A DNA stretch of 62,738 bases, counting the filler, from Ionaspis alba (lineage: Eukaryota): assembly GCA_964255285.1 (NCBI GenBank). It is 8 parts of 8 records of this genome, joined end to end, with 100 filler letters (N's around TTAATTAATTAA, not from the genome) between each part and the next. Parts side by side here need not be neighbours in the genome. Positions count along the whole stretch, not along the records: positions 23,648 to 31,406 come from CAXUUL010000806.1; positions 31,507 to 39,251 come from CAXUUL010000807.1; 6 more parts are not named here. One strand, given 5' to 3'. A program made the position numbers and the translations under genes. Every line of letters begins with the position of its first letter. Positions within the stretch are counted from its first letter, which is position 1. Below, piece after piece: positions 25,459-37,344 of the stretch. The notes below the pieces were generated by a model that saw only the letters and a list, made by a program, of their open reading frames with translations, did no database searches and was not told where the DNA came from.

Positions 25459-28310
25459 ATGGATCCTGGAGAGCAAGAGGGCCGGACCCATTCCCAGGAC
25501 CAGAGCAACGAGTCCAGCGCGACGAACTCACGGCGAGGAAGTGCTGTTGCCGGTGCTGAAGGCAAGCCCCCAAGAGAAAAGCACAGGGTACGCTTCAACT
25601 CTGGTGAGAGGTCTGATGATGGTCCATTCCGCAGATCGACATTGGGCTTTCCTGGTCGGAGCCCTTCTCCAGGACGCTCCGGTACTGCAGCCGATTCACC
25701 TGGTATTCTTCAAGGAGCAAAGCCCTTGCCGTCCGCCAGGCCTACTCATCGAGGCAATGGATCTTCTTCTGCTCGTCCTGCATATGTCGATGCGTCAACC
25801 AATATGTCAGAGTCGCCGAGTTGGTCTCCGAGCTCAAGATCTCGTCCTGGAATGTTCAGCTTGTCCTCGAACAGCTCCGAACTCGACGATGTCAGTGAAG
25901 AGCATCAAAGTCAAGACGACAACAAGGACGATGACGATCCAGAAGATGCAGACGAAAAGGCTACCTCTTCCCGTCTCGCACGCAGAGCAGCAGAGCGTCT
26001 ATCACGGTCCTTGACAGGACATCGAAGAACGCGATCTCTCCCCGGATCAAGGCACTCCTCACCCAACAGGTCTCCTAAATCATCCCCACCTCCATCACCA
26101 ACCCTCAATAAGGAAGTCGGCCTCCCCGCCGGCATCACCAGCCTCCCAATGAAAGACTTCTCCAAGCGCAGAAAATACGGCATAGAGGACGACACCGAAA
26201 GCGAAGACGACGACGACGCAACAACCTACATACCACACGACAAGATCAAGCGCCTCAAAGCCGCCGCCAAACGCCTCGTCAAAGCCCACACCTCCCACCG
26301 CCACGACGCTCTCTTCCGCGTCCGCGCCACAGACTCCGGTCTGCAATCCGGGCAAATTACCCCCGTGGAAGACCGCGGCGACCCCGAAGGCTATTTCCCC
26401 GTCCCCAAAGAATACCGAGGCGGCATCCTGGGCTCCCTCCTCCGCCTCTACAACGAACAAGGCATGGGCGCCGCAGTCGGCAATCACCCTTCCGGACCCG
26501 GCGTCAACGCCCGCGCCTACCGCCAAATCCGACGCAGCAGCGGCGAGAGTCTCCTCTACGGCGGCTTCACTCCTCAGGAAAGCCCAGCGGGAACGCCCGC
26601 CCGGCAGCACTCCCCGCCCTCGTCTGGCACAACGACGCCGAAGCAGCAGAAACCGCCGAAATGGTACCACAAGGCGTCGAACGCGGGCTCCACGACGTCG
26701 CTTGCGGAACTGGTGCAGTCGTCGCTTTCGTTGGCGCAGCCGGGAGGGAGTCCGGCGGCGGGTCAGAGACCTCCGATGAGGCATAAGGGTCGGAGTAGTG
26801 GGGCGATTGATACGGTGCTGGGGAGGAGGAAGAGGCAGAGGGGCGAGGAAACGATTCATATTCAGTTTCATATTCAGGAGACGTTGGCTCGGCAGCGGTA
26901 TTTGTTGAAGCTTTGTCGGGCTTTGATGGCTTATGGGGCGCCGACGCATCGGTTGGAAGGTCAGAACAACCCGCTCTCCTTTCTACTTCCGCTTCCCCCT
27001 TCTAGTAGGGTGGAAAGAGTTCTATAGCTAATAGGTGTGACAAAACAGAGTACATGCGTATGTCGGCCCGCGTCCTCGAAATCGAAGGCCAATTCCTCTA
27101 TATCCCCGGTTGCATGCTCATCTCCTTCGACGACAAATCAACACACACGACCGAAGTCAAAATCGTCCGCAGCCATCAAGCCGTTGACCTGGGAAAGCTG
27201 CGCGACATGCATGATATCTACAAAGAGGTCGTGCACGATCGGATCGGAGTCTCCGAAGCCTCGGAGCGGCTCGACGCTTTAGTATCTCGAAAGCAGAAAT
27301 TCAGTCCCTGGCTCCTAGTTGTCGTGTACGGACTTGCGTCCGCGTTCGTGGGGCCGTTTGCTTTTCAGGCGAGAATGATCGATATGCCTATTGCGTTTGT
27401 GCTGGGGTGCTTGTTGGGTTTTATGCAGTTGATCCTGGCACCTCGCTCAGAGCTTTATGCCAATGTCTTCGAAATCTCCGCTGCGGTCGTCACATCCTTC
27501 CTGGCCCGCGCCTTCGGCTCCATCGCCAATGGCTCTCTCTTCTGTTTCTCCGCTCTCGCTCAATCATCTATTGCGCTGATCCTCCCCGGTTATGTTGTGC
27601 TTTGCGGAGCGCTGGAATTGCAATCCCGGAACGTGGTTGCTGGCTCGGTCCGCATGGTCTATGCAATCATCTACTCCCTCTTCCTGGGCTTCGGCATCAC
27701 TATCGGAACGTCCTTCTACGGTGGCATTGATCGCACAGCGACGTCAGCGGTCGAGTGTGAGAGACCGCTTGAGGGCCTATGGCCCTTGCTATTCGTGCCA
27801 CCGTTCACGCTCTGCCTGGTGGTTATCAACCAGGGGAAGTGGAAACAGGTGCCCGTCATGCTAGCAATAGCTTTCGCCGGATATGTCGTGAACCATTTCT
27901 CGGCGCAGCGCTTCGCGTCCAACGTCCAGGTCTCGAATACCCTTGGTGCGCTGGCCATTGGCGTCCTGGGGAATCTTTATTCGCGCTTCTTGCACGGCCT
28001 GTCGGCTGCGGCACTCATTCCTGCGATCTTCGTCCAGGTTCCGTCCGGGTTGGCGGCTTCGGGGAGTCTGATCAGTGGGATCACGTCGGCGAATCAGATC
28101 ACGAATGGGACGAATGGCACGGGGGATGGGGTGACGACTGTGGCGAATGGAACGCAGGCTGGGAGTGCGGGGGTGAATGTTAATTCTTTGGTGTTTCATG
28201 TTGGGTATAGCATGATCCAGGTGGCGATTGGGATTACGGTGGGGTTGTTTCTGAGTAGTTTGTTGGTTTATCCTTTTGGAAAGAGGAGGAGTGGGTTGTT
28301 TAGTTTCTAG
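25459..28310 (+). CDS. PRM10: ThrE/DUF1212 family membrane protein (pheromone-regulated membrane protein Prm10-like)
   Basis: Long disordered N-terminus, then RQRYLLKLCRALMAYGAPTHRLE / EYMRMSARVLEIEGQFLYIPGCMLISFDD. About ten hydrophobic segments and a C-terminal YPFGKRRSGLFSF. One intron near 26960-27047. Confidence 0.88.
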
Positions 28311-28654
28311 GAAGTGGAGTGATGAATGGATGCTAGATGTGGATATGATTGGATATGGTTGGGATGGCATAGGGTTTGGCTTGGAATTGAGGCTTCTTGG
28401 GGGCATGACCGGCGTGACCGTTTAGGTGGATTTCGTGCTTGATACGCGGTACGTATCATTCAGGGAATAGGGTGTTCGTCCGAGGTGTATATCTACTAAA
28501 CAAAGCATATAGCATCGTCAAGCTCTTGAATTGTAGCAAGCGGAGTAAAGCTCTCCCAACATGTATGTAATCATTATTCCCGCAGACTTATCATTCCAAC
28601 CCCACCGATCATCTAGTTGTCACGCTCAGTCGCTTGCAGCATAACCTATAAATC

Positions 28655-30972
28655 TTACCTCGCAACCTTGAACAGCTCCCTCCCATTCCACTTCCCACAT
28701 CCCTTGCCCTCATCTCTTGTAATACCTTCCACGGCCTTCACCAAGTCATAGCATACGCCCTCGCTCACAACGCTATCATGTTTGTAGTCATCATGCCCCC
28801 TCACGAACTCCCTTATCCACGTCGCACCCGTCCACAACTGTCCAGACGCCCTCTTCCGAATCAAATCCAGATAGCGCGCAAGATCACACCTAGTCTCCAC
28901 ATCCACATTGACAGAATTCAGATAGCTCTCCACAAGCGGGATAAGACCCGGAAAGCCTTCAGCACACCCGTTAATGATTTCATCAATGCTCATGAGCATA
29001 TACTCGTCTTCGACAGGACCCACGGGGGTCGGTGGTCGGGATGGTTGTAAATTTGGTGTATTAGTACCTGACGGAGCCGCGCTAGCATTCCTGACAGGTC
29101 GAGGAGGGAAAGGATTTTTGCGGAAGTAGAACTTTTCATTGAGCACAGCGTTGCGAGCATGGGCTGTCTCCATGTTTTCGGTCGTGCGAGGAATAGGAAT
29201 GTAGAAATTGAGATCAAAGCTAAGGATAGCGCGAGTGACAAGTACGATGAAGATAGAGAATGCGGCATTTTCGAAATCGGTTATTTGGATTTCCATCGGT
29301 CTGAACTCGACACGCCAGCCGATGTCATTGTCGGCTGGCGGTGGCTTGAAGCGGATGTGCTGCCAGTTTGTGGACTGCAAATTTTCGAAGTGGTCGGTTT
29401 TGCTGAGGTCGAGTTTTTCGAGGTCTTCTGCGAAAATGACAATCGGGTCGCGGATGAAGAGATGGGCGAAATGCGTGGCGAGGAGGTCGTCCATGCCGCC
29501 ATGTTTAAGGCGCTGGTGGAGGTCAGGGTCGACAATGAGGTCGGGATCCAGGTATTCCTTTCTTAATCGTGGATCTTGTGAGATATATGTTGAGTTGGAG
29601 GCGTATCGAGACTTCGGTATCCGCCATCGGTCGGTCTTGAGAGGCTGCGGGACTTAGCTGAAAATTTTACATCGGGAGAGCCTGCGATCTCACCTTCTCT
29701 CCCAGCTCCTCTGGGGTACGATCATCTACAGCTCTGCTAATCTGGTTCCACCTGACATCGGTATCTGCTAGAAAGCCCTTGTAAATGGGTGTCGCAGCCG
29801 TCAAAGCAAGCATGATAGGTCCAAGCGGACTCAGTTGATCGTAAAGTTTCCGGCCTTCCGTGATATTCTTTGCCTGAAAGGTGATTTGCAGACAACAGCT
29901 TCCCATACCAAAAGCCATAGCGTCCATGTAAATGTGGTCGTCTTTGGCCGCACCATTCCGAACGTCGTCATCTTCCGGCCACTTATGGAGATCGTAGTTT
30001 ATAGTCGGATCTTTGAAAGGCACAGGAGTGTTTTGATCCTTGAAGATGTGCACATTGATCTCGACCTTCCGCCCCCTTCTTGACCGAATATTTGCAGCCA
30101 ATGTAGGAAATCGTATGTGAGGGTTGGCAATTTCATCAGGAAGAAATTGAGATCTGAGCCTTTCGCCGGAAGGGGGGAAGTAAGGACATATAAAATCATC
30201 CTTGGTACCAAGACGTGGAAAAGTTGTCAGAGTGATGGGAAATTCGTTTTGATACATATGGTCTTTAGCAATGACACGCCTTCAATCGACTGTTAGTATT
30301 TTTCGCAATAGACAGACAATGAAATGAACCGACCGCCATTTCATGTTTGGCTCGACGTCCAACAGGTCCTTGAAACCTATGCCCCACGGTTTACCTGGTG
30401 TAGATTCCAACATGAACCGTCCAAACTCAGGGTGGAAGACTGGAAGCTTGTCACCGTGCCTAAGGTATTGTAAGGCCCTCAATCTCTCTGGTATCGAGGA
30501 GTGTTTCTATACCTGTCGACTTGTTGTAGGTCCGGTACACACCCCCCTCGTGCGCACAACTTCTCATCCTTTGCCAGTGCTTCCAGAATATCTGCTTGCC
30601 GTAATGACAACTGCACTTTTCGTCTTGTATCATTGAAGGCAACCACGAGATATTCGATCTGCAAACGTCTCGTTAGACCTGTTCTTCATAGTGCCTTTCA
30701 GGACTGGCTATAACCTCGTCTCCCCATAGCAATGCATCACGCTCCTTCCCTTTTGCTCTCCTCCAAATAGCCAGGAGTTGCTGGGTACAGTTTAGACGCC
30801 AATAACGAAATCATGGAGCCGATGTCAACGTACTTCGATACCCCATTGTCTGACGTGGTCCGCATTTTTCTTCGCCTCTGGCCATGGCAATGGTGTTCCT
30901 ACCGCTCTTGACAGCGAAATTAGTACCAATTCAACACTATCCTTTCCAATGACATTCTCACAAAAGTCCCAT
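28655..30972 (-). CDS. GSH1: Glutamate-cysteine ligase catalytic subunit, multi-exon
   Basis: 11-nt first exon, then spliced MGLLAVGTPLPWPEAKK, LLWGDEIEY, FHPEFGRFMLESTPG, YMDAMAFGMGSCCLQITFQ, HFENLQSTNWQ, GWRVEFRPME. Confidence 0.97.
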
Positions 30973-31506
30973 TTTCGGCCCTAAACAGTGGAAAAAGGGC
31001 GGAAGAGCTGGTACTGTTCGGAGACTAGGTAACGAGACGCGCAGGTTCTAATCGGAGCTGTACCTGGTGAGTAATCGGCTGGCTGAACGTAACCCAAATG
31101 GCTCTTCGATCAAAAGTTTCCGAGTAATATACAAGGTGTAATGAGGAAGTTTGAGATGACGTCTTAAGAGACCAAAGTCAATTCGTAGGCGGCCGTCATG
31201 GTCTGTCCAGATCAAAGCACTCAACCGCCAGGGTCGGCGATGTCAACACCAGTATCGCCAGGTAGCAAGACACCTGGGCCGAGACTTAATGGTGTAGAGA
31301 AGTTGAAGACGACAATCCAGTATGACATTGTTGATGAATAATACGGATGAGACTCGGTTCCTTCAATGACGGAACTGCTCGGCGGCTTACTAGTGGATGT
31401 TGGAATNNNNNNNNNNNNNNNNNNNNNNNNNNNNNNNNNNNNNNNNNNNNTTAATTAATTAANNNNNNNNNNNNNNNNNNNNNNNNNNNNNNNNNNNNNN
31501 NNNNNN

Positions 31507-32301
31507 ATCTCTGCCTACGATGTCATCATGAAAAACGGAGTCCCAGCAAAAGGCACACTCCTCACGCTTCTATCTGCTCATTGGTTCGAAGTTCTTACCG
31601 CAGCATTGCCAGATCTACGTACCCACTTCATATCTCTTGACCTACCTTCTCAATTTCCACATGGCCTTCATACTCAATTTAAGGGACGGAGCATGCAGGT
31701 TCGCAAGCTCAAGGTCTTTCCAATTGAGGCTATCGTTAGAGGCTACATTACTGGTTCCGCGTGGAAGGAGTATCAAGCTAAAGGGACGGTGCATGGGATG
31801 CCAGTGCCTTCAGGCCTAGAAGAGAGCGAGGCGTTCCCTGACGGTGCAATCTACACTCCCAGCACCAAGGCCGAGGCTGGCCAAAACGATGAAAATATTC
31901 ATCCTGATGAAGCCGCAAAGATTGTAGGCGGGAAGTATGCCAAGCGAATCGAAGAGCTGGCATTGAGCCTCTACAGCACGGCACGACAATATGCGCTAGA
32001 GCGAGATATCATCATCGCTGACACCAAATTCGAATTCGGTCTGGACACCACTACGGATGAAGTGGTTCTGGTCGATGAGGTTTTAACGCCGGACTCCTCG
32101 CGATTTTGGCCTGCTTCTACGTATAAAGTTGGTCAGGGACAGGAGAGTTTCGATAAGCAGTACCTTCGGGACTGGTTGACAAGCAATGGGCTGAAAGGCA
32201 AACCAGATGTGGAAATGCCAGAAGATGTTGTGTCGAACACAGCCAGAAAGTATCAAGAAGCTTTCGAGAAATTAACTGGCAAAACATGGCAGGGCTTATA
32301 A
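31507..32301 (+). CDS. ADE1: SAICAR synthetase, 5' truncated
   Basis: ISAYDVIMKNGVPAKG, EAIVRGYITGSAWKEY, YTPSTKA, IIADTKFEFG, DEVLTPDSSRFW, SFDKQYLRDWL. Confidence 0.96.
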   Translation: MSAYDVIMKNGVPAKGTLLTLLSAHWFEVLTAALPDLRTHFISLDLPSQFPHGLHTQFKGRSMQVRKLKVFPIEAIVRGYITGSAWKEYQAKGTVHGMPVPSGLEESEAFPDGAIYTPSTKAEAGQNDENIHPDEAAKIVGGKYAKRIEELALSLYSTARQYALERDIIIADTKFEFGLDTTTDEVVLVDEVLTPDSSRFWPASTYKVGQGQESFDKQYLRDWLTSNGLKGKPDVEMPEDVVSNTARKYQEAFEKLTGKTWQGL

Positions 32302-32599
32302 TGCCGGAAAGAGGCCGGATATCTTATCTATTGCCCTTCACCTACGAAGGTCTCCATACGATGCTACCATAGATCATATGTCTTGATAAAGAAGTCAGTT
32401 TCCACCAACGGGTATTCTCTTCAAGCTCTCCAACTTGTTTCTTTTCGCAAGCCAATCATCTTTATCGACCTATTTGCAGGGCCTTATGAGCAGTGGTGCG
32501 AGGCTGACAAATTCTAGCGGAGTTCACATGCCTTCCTGATTGGGCATCGAGAAAAGAAGAGATGGTTGCAACAGTTCCATACTCGTTCTTGCACTATAT

Positions 32600-34306
32600 C
32601 TACCGTTTCACGACCTGATCACCAACAGTGTAACCTCTCGCAATTCCACTTCGTCCTTCCTCAATAGCTGTGCCGGCCTCTTTTCCCGATTCATCATACG
32701 CGATCACAAAATCGCTGCCGAGACCTTGCCAAGTTCTCTTCGAATGTAGGAATTCTGCACCAGGGGACACCTCACCACCAACGATAGCCAAGTCACCTTT
32801 GGCTCGTTTGATCAAGGAGTGGCTTGGGGTTGCAGAAGCATCACTGCTACCGTCTTTCAGCGGTTCGGCCATCGGAGCATCCTGACTTCGCATAGGTCGA
32901 GAATGCGATACATATCTTCCAGTCCTCAAGTCAAATTCAGGAGGTGCAGATTCTGGCTCCGAATCCAGATCACCTTCATCGGGTCTCTCCTCTGCAGCAT
33001 CACCGTTCGCAGTCGACCTGCTACCTCCATTCGGCTCCCCGTTGGTCTTTTCCTTGCCATCCAAAATCCCCTGGAAGTCCCCCGTCCACTCCCCAGTCCA
33101 TACTCTCTCGCCATCCCCCTTTAACGCAATCTCCAGTTCAAAAGGCGTCACAACCGGTTTCCAAAAATCTCCACTCTCCACCAACGAGCTCTCCCAGCAC
33201 CCAATCACGACCCAGCCGTCCACCTCGCTGAAGTTGGCAATCTTGGCCGCGTTCACCTTGCCGACGACGAAGGTGTAGCATTTCTTGCCAGTGGCTGCGA
33301 TTTGCGCTTTCACGTGCTCCACGATGTGAAGATAGTTCTTCACGCTGAGTGTGTTGATGAGGATGCCGAAAATGGAGGCTGTGCTTAGGGAGGTGAGGAG
33401 GGCGTATCGGCGGCGAAGAGCTAGTGCTGTGGATGCTTGGAGGGGCTTCGGGGAAGTGGTTGGGGAGTCGGTGGGGTATATGTGGATTGATGAAAGGCGG
33501 GAGGAAAGGGTGAGGAGAAGTGACTGGGGAGGCGAGGAAATGTGGAAAAGGTGCCATTCTCGAAGACTTGCTTCATCCTCTTCCAATCCTGCTGGTACAG
33601 TCCGGTTTGGCAAAGGGGACGAGGGATTGTGGACAATAGCTGCGGTGTAGACACTCGAATACCCTTTGGCTTCCAGTGACTCAGATATCTTGGGCAGATG
33701 ACTTGAGTATGTCACGTCCGACATCAATACAACCCTCTCCTGTAGATTTGGGTAAGTCTCGGTGAATGCTTGAAGCAGTGGCTGCATGTCCAGTGGCTGT
33801 TGTGTAAATACGTGAATAACAGGCAATCTCGCCGTTGGCGACAGACACGCTCGTCCATAATGCACAACCACGTCGGCGTCGACATGCTCGGCCGCAATTT
33901 CGTCAACGCAGCAGGCACCATAGGAGGTATCGGCTAAGATGTACAGCCGCTCATCTGGCAAAATATCTTGCCTTACTTCGAGCATTTCAACATCTTTCGT
34001 GACATCATCCACAGAACTATTATCACTGTTTCCATTTGCAGGCAGCTGATCCTTTGTCTTGAGACCTCTCTGCAAAGCTTCAAAGACTCGAGGTGCGTCT
34101 GAAAGCATGGCATCTGGAAACTGGAGGGCGATGCGGCGCCATTTACCTTTCCGGATTTCAGCGACGGTGCGCTGAATCTCGTATGTGATGAAAATCTCCT
34201 CATCGGATCTTTTCGATAATGCACCAACAATGCTAGAGGTAGATTCCTCGAAAATATGCGTGTCCGGCGTCGAGAGCACAGGAGCAGCCTGAGGAAGACC
34301 CGGCAT
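32600..34306 (-). CDS. DPH2: Diphthamide biosynthesis protein Dph2, intronless
   Basis: IALQFPDAML, YILADTSYGACCVDEIAAEHVDADVVVHYGRACLSP, VVGKVNAAKIANFSE, RTWQGLG, EEGRSGIARGY. Likely start MPGLPQ at 34306. Confidence 0.95.
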   Translation of the reverse strand: MPGLPQAAPVLSTPDTHIFEESTSSIVGALSKRSDEEIFITYEIQRTVAEIRKGKWRRIALQFPDAMLSDAPRVFEALQRGLKTKDQLPANGNSDNSSVDDVTKDVEMLEVRQDILPDERLYILADTSYGACCVDEIAAEHVDADVVVHYGRACLSPTARLPVIHVFTQQPLDMQPLLQAFTETYPNLQERVVLMSDVTYSSHLPKISESLEAKGYSSVYTAAIVHNPSSPLPNRTVPAGLEEDEASLREWHLFHISSPPQSLLLTLSSRLSSIHIYPTDSPTTSPKPLQASTALALRRRYALLTSLSTASIFGILINTLSVKNYLHIVEHVKAQIAATGKKCYTFVVGKVNAAKIANFSEVDGWVVIGCWESSLVESGDFWKPVVTPFELEIALKGDGERVWTGEWTGDFQGILDGKEKTNGEPNGGSRSTANGDAAEERPDEGDLDSEPESAPPEFDLRTGRYVSHSRPMRSQDAPMAEPLKDGSSDASATPSHSLIKRAKGDLAIVGGEVSPGAEFLHSKRTWQGLGSDFVIAYDESGKEAGTAIEEGRSGIARGYTVGDQVVKR

Positions 34307-34669
34307 GATTTCTTCGAGATATTCCTCTGGCCGCACCCGCACCTCACTTGCTGCTTGTACTGGTTCAGAAGCAAAAACGGGACTCCGTGGATCTTCAAAA
34401 AATATTCTGCAGCTACTTCCTGCCTTGAGAACGTTCTTGCTCGTCTTAGAAAGCTTACACTATGCTTGCACCGGCAGGTGCCGATTTGTGGGCCATTCGG
34501 GTACCGGCACCAAACCCTCTCAATCATTTGGGACTTTTACGTCTCTGCGTCACACGTCTTTCTTCTGTAACCATGTCTGCTGTTCATAACATGTCTTGCT
34601 GTCTTTGTTTGATTCACTTGATGTTATAGCTGATTTTAATTACGTTCGTTGCCTTTCGTGTTCTGCCTC

Positions 34670-36741
34670 ATGGCTTCCCCAGAGATAAAACTTCCACCGA
34701 CGTCATCAGACTTTGTTGAAAAAGATTCCAATTCAGACATTCAAAGAGCGGAAAAGGCTTCATCCGCGGAAGAAACAATCAAGTCAGAAAAGTCAGAGCA
34801 TACACCCAGCTCGACAGAAGCCTCCCAGTCCCGACTGGACCATGCAGACCAGGATGCTCCGATCATTTACCACTACCTGACCTTCGAAACCGACCTCCCA
34901 TCCCCTACAACCCTAATCTCTAGTGACCCAAACGCTCCTCCAGCCCCGGAAGCGCCGGACCTCAAGAACCACATCTCCCCTTTCCTATGGTCTGCATCCC
35001 GCAAAACCCTGATCACATGGCTCTCCTGTATCAGCACCGTGGTGACCGCCTACACCGCCGGCTCCTACAGCAGTGCAGCAGCCCAATTATCCGCTGAATG
35101 GAGCGTCAGCGAGACTGCTGTTCTCGTAGGCATCACGACTTTCTCGACGGGATTTGCAATCGCACCGATGGTCCTAGCCCCTTTTTCGGAGATCAATGGG
35201 AGATACCCTGTGTTTGTGGCTACCGGGGTTCTGTTTGTTATCTGTCAACTGGGCTGTGCACTTACAACTTCGTTTCCGGGTATGCTGATTGCAAGATTCT
35301 TTGCTGGAGTTGGGGGATCGACGTTTTCGACTATGGTTGGTGGGGTGGTGAGTGATATCTATCATGCTGAGGACAGAAATACACCAATGGCGATTTTTGC
35401 AGGCGGTGCTTTAGTGCGTATCTCCTTTGCAGATGAGATTTGTGCACTGATATTCAAAACCAGTTTGGCACCGGTCTGGGGCCTCTGGTTTCGGGGTTCA
35501 TTGCCCAGAATATGAACTGGCGCTGGGTGTTCTATCTTCAAGTCATAAGCTGCAGTACGGTTATCTTGGCAGTCATTGTCTTCTTCAAGGAGACAAGAGG
35601 AAGTGTGCTGCTTAGCAAGAAAGCCCGAATTCTCAACAAGTGGTATGAGGCTAGGGAAGCCGCCGGCTATGTGGGCTTCGAGATGCACTCGGCAGAAGAC
35701 GGTATCAAGACCAGTAGCCAAAGGATCAGATGGAAAGTCAAGTCGGACGAAGAAAGAGAGAGCTTAGCTAAAATGATGGCAATATCGCTATATCGGCCGT
35801 TCCGTAAGTGGCTCGTCGTTGTGATTGTGGAGCAGGAGGCGCGGAATACTGACCATCGTCTAGACTTGCTGTCCACCGAACCCGTCGTCTTTTTCTTCTC
35901 GCTATGGGTAGCTTTTAGCTGGGCAGTGCTCTACTTGACCTTCTCCTCCATACCTCTAGTCTTCACAACGAACCATCATTTCACCGTACAACAGAACGGA
36001 GCTGTTTTTGCAGGTAAGTCAGCTATGTGTCTCATCCCTGCCACATGTCTAACCACCACCCAGCTATGTGTGTGGCTTCCCTGCTTTCGTCAATTCTGAG
36101 CGTCTATCAAGAAAAGGTAGCTCGGCACTACGGCAAAATGTCAGCTACTCCCGAGGGTCGTCTCTACTTTTCCTGTGTTGAGTCGGCACTGCTGCCCATC
36201 GGTTTGTTTTGGTTCGGCTGGACTAGTTTTCCTCAAATACCCTGGATTGTTCCCACGCTTGCTGTCGGCTGCGCAACGATGGGCATTTTCTCCATCTATC
36301 TTGCGGTCTTCAATTATCTTGCAGATACGTACCATCGCTATGCTAGCTCAGCGCTTGCCGCTCAGTCGTTCTGTGAGTCTGCCACTTCTAAGTCGATATC
36401 ACGCCTCTGCGTGCTCAAGAACTGCGGCTAACACGCATCAAGGTCGAAATATGCTTGGAGGTATCTTCCCGCTTATCACCGCCGCCATGTTCAACCGTCT
36501 CACCTTCGCGGGTGCGTCAAGCTTTCTTGGTGGCGTTGTACGTACTCCGTTCTTTCTATCTTTCCACAGTCTCGGCTAACAACATTCCAGGGTGCTATCT
36601 TGACCATTGTCCCATGGGTCCTAGTCTTCTATGGCCCCAAGATTCGTGCGAGGAGCAAATTTGCAAGCGTATGGAACCTCTGACTCAATCCCTCAAAATG
36701 GAGACTTGGCTGATTCGTCTGAATAGGAAATTATGGATTGA
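34670..36741 (+). CDS. MFS drug:H+ antiporter (DHA1 family), multi-exon
   Basis: APMVLAPFSEINGRYPV, RFFAGVGGSTFSTMVGGVVSDIY, GTGLGPLVSGFIAQNMNWRWVFY, PEGRLY, FNYLADTYHRYASSALAA, YGPKIRARSKFA. Confidence 0.92.
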
Positions 36742-37344
36742 GTAGCACAACCTCGATCGTTTATCCCTACAAGGGTTGTATGGTTTAGGTTTTTGAAGGC
36801 GTCAAGCTTGCCTTGCACTACTCATAGCTCCAATACTTGGGGCTAAAGAAGAGACGACAGGTATGCTCTATTGCAATACGCAGCTTAGCAGTCAGTTGCT
36901 TCAACTTCGCCAGAGGCTTTGGCAAAGCAGGAACAGGTCGTATAAGTATCCACGTATCTCATGTTGGAAGTGACCTAGCAGATTAGAGAAGCGACAACTC
37001 GCCTGTTCTTCGAGTGTTCGAAGCACAAACCAGGGGGCATGACGCGGCTTCTTAAAACTTAGCACCACGGGGAATTCGGAGAAGGCAGTACATGCCAAAG
37101 GACTGGAAGAAGAAAGAAATACTCAAAGTACACAATGCGGAAAGCATAGTTGCAGGTTTTCTTCGAAGGTGCAATATTAGTCGAGGCATTATACCACAAC
37201 ATATGTATGTATTGCTCTACAGAACCATCCTTAGCCCAATAGAATACAAATACAATCCACGCGCACCACTCTCCATACAATAACATGCAACCCTTGCCTC
37301 CAAAGTCACCACCAACCTCGTCACTTCCTTCAAAGCCCCCGTAT

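Noticed and set aside
26095..26949. Long antisense or alternate-frame ORFs (e.g. 26095-26949, 6963-7712, 7067-7666, 14975-15640, 37285-37842, 38411-39106)
   Set aside because: Shadows of real genes in skewed, stop-poor or repetitive sequence. Low-complexity translations with no motifs.
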